Below, piece after piece: positions 1-9,362 of a stretch of DNA of 64,000 nt; position 1 is the stretch's first letter, and each line of letters opens with the position of its first letter. Source of the DNA: an uncultured bacterium. GTDB taxonomy: Bacteria > Acidobacteriota > Thermoanaerobaculia > Multivoradales > JAHZIX01. The notes below the pieces were generated by a model, which was not told the DNA's origin, did no database searches, and saw only the letters and a list, made by a program, of their open reading frames with translations. Where the stretch lies: contig CBDUPA010000005.1 in assembly GCA_965368975.1 (NCBI GenBank), positions 64,001 through 128,000 on the forward strand. The letters run 5' to 3'. Position numbers and translations under genes: made by a program.

Positions 1-426
1 TGCTTGGAGCAGGTAGGCATTCCGGAACTCGCCAGCCGCCAGATCAGCCAGCTCAGCGGCGGCCAGCAACAGCGCGTCTTCCTGGCGCGCGCACTGGCCC
101 AGGACGCCCGGCTCTACTTGATGGACGAGCCCTTCGCTGGCGTCGATGCGACCACCGAGCGAGCGATCCTGTCGCTGCTACAAGAGCTGCGCGCTAGTGG
201 TCGCACCGTCGTGGCCGTGCACCACGACTTGCAGACCGTCGCCGAGTACTTCGACCACGTTGTGCTACTCAACATGCGACTGGTGGCCGAGGGGCCGGTC
301 GAGACGACCTTCACCTCCGAGAATCTGCAGCGCACCTACGGCGGCCGGCTCACGGTGCTGACCCAGGCCGCCGAGGCACTGCTGGCCGCGCGCGCTGAAA
401 AACCATCGCTGCAGCAGCAGCGCTGA
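1..426 (+). CDS. Mn/Zn/Fe ABC transporter ATPase (TroB/MntA-like), 5' truncated by window edge
   Basis: LSGGQQQR signature, Walker [14 protein letters not shown]-loop VHHDL; followed by two ABC-3 permeases. Confidence 0.93.
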   Translation, partial: CLEQVGIPELASRQISQLSGGQQQRVFLARALAQDARLYLMDEPFAGVDATTERAILSLLQELRASGRTVVAVHHDLQTVAEYFDHVVLLNMRLVAEGPVETTFTSENLQRTYGGRLTVLTQAAEALLAARAEKPSLQQQR

Positions 427-452
427 GACGAGGTTCGCCCAGGGTTACCGTC

Positions 453-1742
453 ATGTTCGAACTCTCCTTCACCGCCCGCAATGTCCTGATCGGAGCCACG
501 CTTCTGGGTGTGGTTGGCGGAGTGTTGGGCTGCTTCGCGTTGCTGCGCCGCCAGAGTCTGCTCGGCGACGCCCTCGCCCACGCGGCCCTGCCTGGCGTGT
601 GCCTGGCCTACCTGATCACTGGCAGCAAGAACCCGCTACCGCTGTTCGCCGGTGCCTTGGTGGCGGGCTTCGCCGGGGCGCTGCTGATCCTGGTGGTGGT
701 GCGCTGGAGTCGCATCAAGGAAGACAGCGCCATCGGCTTGGTGCTGAGCGTTTTCTTCGGCGTTGGCATCGTGCTCTTGACGCACATCCAGAAGCTGCCG
801 CTGGGCAATCAGAGCGGGTTGGACAAGTTCCTCTTCGGCCAGGCCGCGACGCTGATGCCACGTGACATCCAGATGATGGCGATCCTCGGTGGCCTGGTGC
901 TGACGACGGTGCTCTGGCTGTACCATCCGCTCAAGCTCTTCTGCTTCGACCGCGATTTCGCGGCCAGCCAGGGCCAGCCTGTGCACCGCCTGGAGATCGT
1001 GCTGACGGTGCTGCTCGTGGTGGTCGTGGTCGTCGGCCTGCAGACCGTAGGTGTGGTGTTGATCGTCGCCACGCTGATCACCCCCGCGGCGGCGGCGCGC
1101 CAGTGGACCGAGCGCCTGAGTGTGATGCTGGTGTTGGCGGCGTTGGTGGGCGGCAGTGCCGGCGCCGTGGGGGCGCTGTTCAGCGCCAGTGTTGCGCATC
1201 TGCCCACCGGGCCCGTGATCGTGCTGTGCTCCAGTCTGATGCTGGTCGTCTCGCTGCTGCTGGCTCCGCGTCGCGGCATGCTGTGGGCCTGGGTCGAGGA
1301 GCGGCGCGTGGCGGCACGCATTCGCAAGGAGAACCTACTCAAAGATCTGTACCGTCTGGGCGAACGGCGCGGCGACTGGCAGGGGCAGGTGTCCTGGGCG
1401 CAGGTAATGGGGGAGCGTGGACAGAGTCGCACGCAGCTGCGACGCGTGGTGGCGCGCGCGCCGGTGCGCGGGCTGGTCGAGATCAACGGCAGTGGTCTAC
1501 GGTTGACCGCCGAGGGCCTCGCCGCCGCTGAGCAGGTGGTCCGCAAGCACCGCTTGTGGGAACTCTATCTGACGCGTCGGTTGGAGCTGCCCAGCGACCA
1601 CGTGCACCGCGACGCCGAGACCATGGAGCACGCGCTGACCCAGCAAGACGTGGCGCGCCTCGAGGAAGTCTTGGGCTTTCCCGAGGTCGATCCGCACGGG
1701 CGCCCGATTCCTGGCGGCGAGACGTCGAGGAGCGCGGCATGA
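453..1742 (+). CDS. Metal ABC permease (ABC-3, TroC-like) fused to C-terminal DtxR/MntR-type domain
   Basis: LLGDALAHAALPG, EDSAIG, LFGQAA motifs; C-terminal VRKHRLWELYL...HVHRDAETMEHAL...DPHGRPIP is the DtxR metal-binding/dimerisation pattern. Confidence 0.92.
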   Translation: MFELSFTARNVLIGATLLGVVGGVLGCFALLRRQSLLGDALAHAALPGVCLAYLITGSKNPLPLFAGALVAGFAGALLILVVVRWSRIKEDSAIGLVLSVFFGVGIVLLTHIQKLPLGNQSGLDKFLFGQAATLMPRDIQMMAILGGLVLTTVLWLYHPLKLFCFDRDFAASQGQPVHRLEIVLTVLLVVVVVVGLQTVGVVLIVATLITPAAAARQWTERLSVMLVLAALVGGSAGAVGALFSASVAHLPTGPVIVLCSSLMLVVSLLLAPRRGMLWAWVEERRVAARIRKENLLKDLYRLGERRGDWQGQVSWAQVMGERGQSRTQLRRVVARAPVRGLVEINGSGLRLTAEGLAAAEQVVRKHRLWELYLTRRLELPSDHVHRDAETMEHALTQQDVARLEEVLGFPEVDPHGRPIPGGETSRSAA

Positions 1743-2860
1743 ACCCGACCTGGACCATTCTGCTGGTCGGCTCGTGCGTCGCGGCCTCGTGTGCCTTGCT
1801 CGGCAGCTTCCTGGTGCTGCGCCGTATGGCTCTGCTCGGCGATGCCATCAGTCACGCCGTGCTGCCTGGCATCGCCATCGCTTTCCTGCTCACGGGTGAG
1901 CGCTCGCCGTTGCCCATGCTCCTCGGTGCCGGCGCGCTCGGTGTTCTCACCGTCTTCCTGGTCGCGCTGTTCAACCGCACCCGCCGTTTGCGCGAAGATG
2001 CGTCCATCGGCGTCGTCTTCCCGGCACTCTTCTCCCTCGGTGTCATCCTGATCAGCCGCTACGCTGGGCAAGTCGACCTCGATCTCGATTGCGTCCTCTA
2101 CGGCGAGATCGCCTACACGCCCTGGGACGTGCTGTTCTGGAATGGCCAGTCGATCGGTGCCAAGGCGCTGTGGCTCAACGGGTTCGTGCTGGTCTTCGAT
2201 CTGGCCCTGGTGCTGCTGCTGTTCAAGGAACTCAAGCTCACCACGTTCGACCCCAAGCTCGGTGCGGCGCTTGGCTTCGCGCCGGTGACGCTGCACTACC
2301 TGTTGATGACCGCGGTCTCGGTGACCGTCGTTGGCGCCTTCGAGTCGGTGGGTGCCATCCTGGTGGTCGCCATGCTGGTCGTGCCGCCAGCCACCGCCTA
2401 CCTGCTCACCGACCGTCTGGTGACGCTGCTCGGCTTGGCGGTCGGACTCGGCATTACCTCTGCCGTCGCCGGCTACTGGCTGGCCCGCTGGTGGGATGCT
2501 TCCATCGCTGGCGCCATGGCGAGCGTCACCGGGGCATTGTTCCTGCTCGCTTTCCTGCTGTCGCCGCGCTACGGCCTGCTCGCCAAGCTGCACCGCGGCC
2601 GTCAGTTGAAGAGGGCGATGGCCGAGCAACTAGTGCTGCTCCATCTGCGTCGCGGTGGCAGTGGCATCCCCATGGCTCAGCTGGGTGGCCGCTTTGCGTG
2701 GTCCCCTGAGCGGTTGCAGCGTGTGGTGCAACGCCTGCGACGTCTCGGCTTGGTGAAGCTGGAGGCCGAGGGCGTCCAGCTCACGGGTGCTGGTCTGGAG
2801 GCCTTGGAACGCAGCAAGCTGGCGCCACTGCGTCACCAGCTGGAGGTCGCCGGCGGCTGA
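1739..2860 (+). CDS. Metal ABC permease (ABC-3, TroD-like) with C-terminal winged-helix-like tail
   Basis: ATGA overlap with upstream stop; GDAISHAVLPG, EDASIG, VLYGEIAY, AFESVG motifs. Confidence 0.9.
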   Translation: MNPTWTILLVGSCVAASCALLGSFLVLRRMALLGDAISHAVLPGIAIAFLLTGERSPLPMLLGAGALGVLTVFLVALFNRTRRLREDASIGVVFPALFSLGVILISRYAGQVDLDLDCVLYGEIAYTPWDVLFWNGQSIGAKALWLNGFVLVFDLALVLLLFKELKLTTFDPKLGAALGFAPVTLHYLLMTAVSVTVVGAFESVGAILVVAMLVVPPATAYLLTDRLVTLLGLAVGLGITSAVAGYWLARWWDASIAGAMASVTGALFLLAFLLSPRYGLLAKLHRGRQLKRAMAEQLVLLHLRRGGSGIPMAQLGGRFAWSPERLQRVVQRLRRLGLVKLEAEGVQLTGAGLEALERSKLAPLRHQLEVAGG

Positions 2861-2925
2861 AGGCCTGGCGGCGGCTGCAGCGTGCTTGGATGCGTTGCAA
2901 GGGCAATCGGTTAAACTACCCAATT

Positions 2926-5412
2926 ATGCGCCAAGACTTTCGCCTGGCCTGGCGTGCACTGCGCCGCCGGCCACTCCTGACGCTGATCGTGGGCTCGACG
3001 CTGGCCCTGGGAATCGGTGTGACCGGCGCCGTCTTCGGACTGGTGGATGTCTTGTTGCTGCGGCCGGTGCCGGGAGTGACAGCTCCCGAGGAACTGGTGT
3101 CCGTGCACGGTACCCGCAGAGGCAGTCCCGAGGCGCTGATACAGCTGACCTACGCCGATTTCCGAGACTACGACCGGGGCACCACGGAAGTACTCAGTGG
3201 GCTGGCTGCCTACGCGGAAGCCAGCTTCGCTCTCAGTGCCGGCGAGCCGAGTGTGCGGGTTCCGGGAGTGGCGGTCAGCACCGACTACTTCCAGGTCTTG
3301 GGCGTTCAACCCCACTTGGGGAGCTTCGCGGCCTTTCGCGACCAGCCGACGCCAGCGGTCGTCGTGCTCGGCTACGACTACTGGCATGGGCATCTGGACG
3401 CCGATCCGGACATCCTTGGGCGCCGGATCGATCTCAACGGGGAACCGCTGACGGTCGTTGCGGTGGCTCCGCGTGGTTTCCGTGGTGTGGACCTGGTGTT
3501 CGAGGCGTCGGTCTGGGTGCCGCTTGGCCAGTTCAAGCAACTGGCCCGCGGAATCTTCGCCCAGTTGGGAGGCGTCGAGAACCGGCAACAGGCTTGGCTG
3601 CGCGCCGTCGGCCGCGTTGCGCCAGGGCAGCAGTTGGAGCAGGCGCAGCTCGTCTTCGACGCGCTCTCCGGCAGCCTCGCGGAGGCTTACCCCGAAGTTG
3701 CCAAGGGGCGCGGCGCCAAGGTGCTGCCCCTGGCCCAGGTGGCTTTCGGGCGTGGCATGCGTGGCCACGTGGTGCGATATGCAGGGCTCTTGCTAGCGGT
3801 CACTGGCTTGCTCTTGCTGGTCACCTGCCTCAACGTCGCCGGCCTGCTGGTGGCGCACGGCCTGACGCGGGATCGCGAGATGGCGGTGCGGCGCAGCGTC
3901 GGCGCCGGTACCTGGAACCTCGTCCGGTTGCTGCTGTTCGAGAATCTTGGGCTGGCTCTGCTCGGCGGTCTCGGTGGCCTAGGGTTGGCCGCGGGACTCT
4001 TGCCTCTGCTGTCGCGCTTGCACTTGCCGCTCAACCTCGACGCCGCTGCCGTCACGCCGAATCTCGACCTGCGCTTCGCAGCGCTGGTCTTTGCTCTGGC
4101 AGTAGCCAGTGGGCTGATCTTCGGCGTGCTGGCGGCACTGCGCACCGCCCGTGTCGATCTACGCACGATGCTGCAGGGGGGCTACAGTCGTTCGGCGCGT
4201 TGGACGCTCTTCGGCATGCGCGACCTGCTCGTGACCGGTCAGATCGCGTTGTGCGGCGTGGTGCTGGTGGCCGCAGTTCTACTACTGTCGACCTGGCGCA
4301 ATCTCGACGCTGTCGAGACCGGTTACGAAGATCGCAACCTGCTGCTGGCCAGCCTCGACCCGGAGGAGAGCGGCTACCCGGCGTGGAAGTTGCCCCAGTT
4401 CTACGACAAGCTGCGGCAGCGCCTGGAACGCTTGCCCGGAGTCGATCGCGTGTCGCAGGCCAACGCGCTTCCCATGCTCGGCGCCGGCATGGCGGTCGAG
4501 TTGACCGTCGAGCCCTACGACTACGTACCTCCAGAGGAGGCCGCCGCCTGGCCTTCTGCCAAGCACGCCATGGTCGGTCCGGGTTTCTTCGCCACCGCCG
4601 GGGTCAAGTTGCTGCACGGCCGGACCTTCCAGGAGATGGATGGTCCGGACGCACCGGCGGTTGTGTTGGTCAATGAGACATTGGCGCGCGAGTTCTGGCC
4701 CGATCAGCCGGCGATCGGCCGGCAGCTCGAGCTGTATGACACACCGGAGCCGTTCGAAGTCATTGGTGTGGTCGCCGACTGTAAGTACGCCAGTCTGCGA
4801 GAATCGCCGCGTCCAACTTTGTTCCTGGCTTTCTCGCAGTGGTCCAAGAGCAAGTTGGGACCGATGCTGATGTCGCCGATGACCGTCATGGTGCACGCGG
4901 ACGGCGCCCCGGGAGCCCTGGCGGCCGACCTGCGCAACACGGTCGAGGCGCTCGACTCGATGCTCCCGGTCTTCGACCTGCGCACCCTCGACGAGACCCG
5001 TTCTGCCGCCATGCGCTCCGAGCGTCAGCTGGCGGCGCTGTTCGGTTCTTTCGCCATCTTCACGCTGTGCTTGGCGATGTTCGGTCTGTTTGGTGTCCTG
5101 ACCCACGCCGTGCTGTGCCGGCGCCGTGAGATGGGTATCCGCCTGGCCTTGGGTGCCCGTCCCCGTGATCTTCGACGATTGGTGGTACGGCGGGCGCTGG
5201 TCCTGTGTGTGCCCGGGATTCTCGGTGGTCTGGCGGCGGCGCTGGCCCTGTCGAGTTTCCTTTCCGGCCACCTCTTCGGTCTCGGTGCCGCCGATCCGGC
5301 CACCTACGTCAAGGTCGCACTGACATTGATCGGCTTTGCCCTCCTGGCTAGCCACCTACCGGCGCGCCGCGCGGGCCGCCTGGCACCGGAGTCGTTGCTC
5401 AAGGAGGCGTGA
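2926..5412 (+). CDS. ADOP-type duplicated ABC permease (2x MacB_PCD/FtsX)
   Basis: MRQDFRLAWRALRRRP start, CLNVAGLL...REMAVR, VTGQIAL, REMGIRLALGA, PARRA motifs. Confidence 0.9.
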   Translation: MRQDFRLAWRALRRRPLLTLIVGSTLALGIGVTGAVFGLVDVLLLRPVPGVTAPEELVSVHGTRRGSPEALIQLTYADFRDYDRGTTEVLSGLAAYAEASFALSAGEPSVRVPGVAVSTDYFQVLGVQPHLGSFAAFRDQPTPAVVVLGYDYWHGHLDADPDILGRRIDLNGEPLTVVAVAPRGFRGVDLVFEASVWVPLGQFKQLARGIFAQLGGVENRQQAWLRAVGRVAPGQQLEQAQLVFDALSGSLAEAYPEVAKGRGAKVLPLAQVAFGRGMRGHVVRYAGLLLAVTGLLLLVTCLNVAGLLVAHGLTRDREMAVRRSVGAGTWNLVRLLLFENLGLALLGGLGGLGLAAGLLPLLSRLHLPLNLDAAAVTPNLDLRFAALVFALAVASGLIFGVLAALRTARVDLRTMLQGGYSRSARWTLFGMRDLLVTGQIALCGVVLVAAVLLLSTWRNLDAVETGYEDRNLLLASLDPEESGYPAWKLPQFYDKLRQRLERLPGVDRVSQANALPMLGAGMAVELTVEPYDYVPPEEAAAWPSAKHAMVGPGFFATAGVKLLHGRTFQEMDGPDAPAVVLVNETLAREFWPDQPAIGRQLELYDTPEPFEVIGVVADCKYASLRESPRPTLFLAFSQWSKSKLGPMLMSPMTVMVHADGAPGALAADLRNTVEALDSMLPVFDLRTLDETRSAAMRSERQLAALFGSFAIFTLCLAMFGLFGVLTHAVLCRRREMGIRLALGARPRDLRRLVVRRALVLCVPGILGGLAAALALSSFLSGHLFGLGAADPATYVKVALTLIGFALLASHLPARRAGRLAPESLLKEA

Positions 5413-5442
5413 GCCCGAGACGCAGCTTGGCCGAAGACAGAA

Positions 5443-5474
5443 CGACCCCCGCGACCGTCAAGGCACGGGGGTCG
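5443..5474. terminator. GC-rich hairpin downstream of the ADOP gene
   Basis: CGACCCCCG...CGGGGGTCG inverted repeat between convergent genes. Confidence 0.5.
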
Positions 5475-5487
5475 GCTAGATCCGGCT

Positions 5488-5509
5488 GGGCTCTTCAGCT
5501 GAAGAGCCC
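5488..5509. terminator. Perfect 22-bp palindrome just downstream of the 53-aa peptide gene
   Basis: GGGCTCTTCAGCTGAAGAGCCC, 2 nt beyond the TGA of 5512..5673 (-). Confidence 0.6.
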
Positions 5510-5511
5510 GC

Positions 5512-5673
5512 TCAGAACGGGTCGCAGACGTCGCAGCGGCTGCCGGCCGAGTCCGGGTCGAGGAAGGTTTCCGGCAGATCCGGCTCTTTGCCACCGGCCA
5601 GGTGCAGGTTGCTGTCCGCCAGACGGCGCAGGGTCTCGCGGTTCAGGGTCAGTTTCTTGCTGCTCTTCTTCAT
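5512..5673 (-). CDS. Putative RiPP precursor B, 53 aa: MKKSSKKLTLNRETLRRLADSNLHLAGG/KEPDLPETFLDPDSAGSRCDVCDPF (not in ORF track)
   Basis: Translated by hand; GAGGAGG RBS upstream of ATG; KKLxLxRETLRxL leader-type motif, GG cleavage site, acidic core ending CxxC. Confidence 0.85.
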   Translation of the reverse strand: MKKSSKKLTLNRETLRRLADSNLHLAGGKEPDLPETFLDPDSAGSRCDVCDPF

Positions 5674-5747
5674 GGACTAGGTCCTCCTCGATCAAAGTGA
5701 GTCGTCAACATCGGTGCTTCTGCTCGAACTGATTTCGAGCGGTATCC

Positions 5748-5777
5748 ATTGTCCGAGGCCGGGGAGCCCCTTGTCAA
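5748..5777 (-). promoter_or_regulatory. Sigma70-type promoter for precursor B
   Basis: Minus strand TTGACA (5777-5772), 18 nt spacer, GACAAT (5753-5748); a second TTGACA at 5791-5786. Confidence 0.6.
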
Positions 5778-5826
5778 TTCATGGCTGTCAATGCAGGCTC
5801 TCCCTGCAGGGCGGTGGAATCAGGCT

Positions 5827-6969
5827 TCAGGCAGCCGGGGCGTCCTCCGAGGCTTCTACGAACGTCCCTTCCGGGGGCACACGGTGCGTCTGCCTGGCGG
5901 CTTCGAGGCGTTTGAGGGCCCGCGGTCGCAGGTCAGCGTAGCGCAGGCTACTGCGGCTCTCGTTCCAGTCGAAGTCCCCTTGGGCGGCGGAGCGGCCCTG
6001 GATCAAGAAGTCGGTGAAGGCGTCGAGCAGCGGGTAGCCGGTGGCGTGTTCGAGGAACAAGAATTGCCCCATCTGGTTGACCTCCAGGAAGAGGTGCCGG
6101 CCGTCCGGGGTGACGATCAGGTCGAAGCAACCGAAGACCAGGCCGAGGTGGTCGAGCAGGCGGCTGCAAGCGTCGACTACGGCGGTGGGCAGTTCGATCG
6201 GCTCCATGTGCAGCTCGTGGTACGACTTGCGCCAGTCGAGTCGGCCGGTGCGTGTCTGTTGTGAGCAGACCTTGAAAGCGAAGGGACGCCGGCCCATGAG
6301 CGTCAGGCGGATCTCGTAGGCCTTGGGCACCAGGGCCTGGTAGATGCCCGGAGCGGCGCGCAGGAGCTCGTCGCTCACCAGGTCGTCCTCGGTGACGCGG
6401 CTGGTGTAGGGCATCCAATAGGTCTCGTCGTCCTTCCAGGGTAGCCCCTTGAGTGGCTTGTAGACAGCACTACCGCCCTGGTCCCGTAGGAAGGCGCGGA
6501 TTTCGTCCGGATCGTTCGAGTACAGCGTTTCGGGCACTTCGAGACCGACGCGCGAGGCGTGGTACGACTGCAAGATCTTGTTGCCATGGCGGACGGCGCT
6601 CTGCGGGTTGACCCAGAAGGCCGACGCTTCGAGCAGTTGCATCAGCCCCTGGCGCGATGTGCGCACGCTCCACTCAGCGAAGTCTCGGTCTGCCGGGTGC
6701 AGGGTGAGGGGGTCGAGGTAGTGCGTCGGACGCCGGTTCCACACCACGTCGAAGTGGGGGTCCTGGAGGTCGAAGTCGGGACCGCGCAGGCGAATCGAGG
6801 TCGACACCCGACCCTCGGAGGCGGCGAAGCGCATGCTCTCGCCTGCGTTCATGGGGAAGTCGGAGGTGTGCCACAACACGGGAGACTGTCCTTTGGCTTC
6901 CAGCGCGGTCTGGACCGCGTAGGCGTGCAAGTCATCCGGCTGCGACAGGATCAGAATCGAAGTCGACAT
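5827..6969 (-). CDS. ATP-grasp RiPP maturase, MvdC/MvdD (graspetide synthetase) family
   Basis: ILILSQPDDLHA start, VWNRRP, WVNP..NKILQ, VYKPL, PGIYQALVPKAYEIR, LDWR, LGLVFGCFDLI, FLEVNQMGQF. Confidence 0.92.
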   Translation of the reverse strand: MSTSILILSQPDDLHAYAVQTALEAKGQSPVLWHTSDFPMNAGESMRFAASEGRVSTSIRLRGPDFDLQDPHFDVVWNRRPTHYLDPLTLHPADRDFAEWSVRTSRQGLMQLLEASAFWVNPQSAVRHGNKILQSYHASRVGLEVPETLYSNDPDEIRAFLRDQGGSAVYKPLKGLPWKDDETYWMPYTSRVTEDDLVSDELLRAAPGIYQALVPKAYEIRLTLMGRRPFAFKVCSQQTRTGRLDWRKSYHELHMEPIELPTAVVDACSRLLDHLGLVFGCFDLIVTPDGRHLFLEVNQMGQFLFLEHATGYPLLDAFTDFLIQGRSAAQGDFDWNESRSSLRYADLRPRALKRLEAARQTHRVPPEGTFVEASEDAPAA

Positions 6970-7018
6970 AGCAGGTCATCCCTAGAGCAAGAGGTGAAAC
7001 AAGGAGAGAGAGGGAAAA

Positions 7019-7054
7019 CGGGGCGGTGCCCCTTGTGACAGGAACACCGCCCCG
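7019..7054 (-). terminator. Stem-loop between precursor A and the ATP-grasp gene
   Basis: CGGGGCGGTG...CACCGCCCCG 10-bp stem, followed on the minus strand by TTTTCCCTCTCTCT. Confidence 0.7.
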
Positions 7055-7079
7055 GTATGTCGTACGGAGTGTGGAAGGT

Positions 7080-7262
7080 TTAGTCGCCGTCTGGCCCGAG
7101 GTTGGTGACGTCAGTGCCGCCACCCGTGATCTCAGGAGTTGTGGTCGGATCGGAATCATCGCGACCACCACCGCCGAGGATATTGCGAAGGTCCTCGGCA
7201 AGTACGCGGGCCAGAACGCGACCGGAGCGGGGATGCTGCAATTGAGCAACGTTCTTACGCAT
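7080..7262 (-). CDS. Putative graspetide precursor A, 60 aa: MRKNVAQLQHPRSGRVLARVLAEDLRNILGG/GGRDDSDPTTTPEITGGGTDVTNLGPDGD
   Basis: AAGGAG RBS before ATG 7262; helical leader, GG site, Thr/Asp-rich core; directly upstream of ATP-grasp gene. Confidence 0.87.
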   Translation of the reverse strand: MRKNVAQLQHPRSGRVLARVLAEDLRNILGGGGRDDSDPTTTPEITGGGTDVTNLGPDGD

Positions 7263-7470
7263 GGCTGCTCCTTTCAAGGTGAGTGAAGGACGCGGGCGAA
7301 CCGCGATTCCTCCGTATTCAAAGCCACTCCCGTGGGCGCGTCCGTTATTCGGACTCGTCTATACCTACGTAGAACAAGCCTCTGGGGTATACCGTGGATT
7401 CCTGGTTTTACAGTTTTTTGCAACTCGCGGTTTTCGGAGGCAGGCATGCGGGTGCGCTAAGATCGCGGCA

Positions 7471-8760
<1,290 letters not shown>

Positions 8761-8762
8761 CG

Positions 8763-9362
8763 ATGAGCGACGGCACCGATGGCATCACCGAGATCCTTCG
8801 AGAGTGGTGCGGCGGGACGCCGGAAGCGCTCGAGAAGCTCATGCCGCTGGTCTTCGGGGAGCTACGCAAGCTGGCGCGCTCACACTTCCGGCGCGAACCG
8901 TCCGGCCATACGCTACAGCCGACGGCCCTGGTCAACGAGGTCTATCTGCGCCTAGAGCGGCAGATGCACGTGCAACTGATCAACCGCACGCAGTTCTTCG
9001 CCTTCGCCTCGCGCCTGATGCGCCGCATCCTAGTCGACCACCACCGAACACGGCAGGCGGAGAAGCGCGGGAACGGGCAAGTCCTGGTGACTCTCGACGA
9101 GGCTCTGCGCGGGGGCCGCGCCGCCGCCCGCGCGAGGACGATCGAGCGAGTCGATATCCTGGCGCTGGATGAGGCCTTGGAGTTGCTCAAGGAGCTGGAT
9201 CCACGGCAGTGCCGAGTCGTCGAGCTGCGTTACTTCGGGGGCTTGACGATTCCCGAGACAGCACAGGTGCTGGGCATTTCGCCGGCCACTGTCAAGCGCG
9301 AGTGGGCCGTTGCCAAGGCGTGGCTGCAGTATCGACTCCGTTCGCCGGGGGTGTCCGTGTGA
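8763..9362 (+). CDS. ECF sigma factor, TIGR02999-type (kinase-associated)
   Basis: LMPLVFGELRKLA, HTLQPTALVNEVYLRL, VELRYFGGL, TVKREWAVAKAWL. Confidence 0.93.
   Translation: MSDGTDGITEILREWCGGTPEALEKLMPLVFGELRKLARSHFRREPSGHTLQPTALVNEVYLRLERQMHVQLINRTQFFAFASRLMRRILVDHHRTRQAEKRGNGQVLVTLDEALRGGRAAARARTIERVDILALDEALELLKELDPRQCRVVELRYFGGLTIPETAQVLGISPATVKREWAVAKAWLQYRLRSPGVSV

Noticed and set aside
5495-5695. Track ORF MIEEDLVHEEE... (66 aa, minus strand)
   Set aside because: Alternative frame of the 53-aa precursor at 5512..5673, which has the RBS and a recognisable leader.
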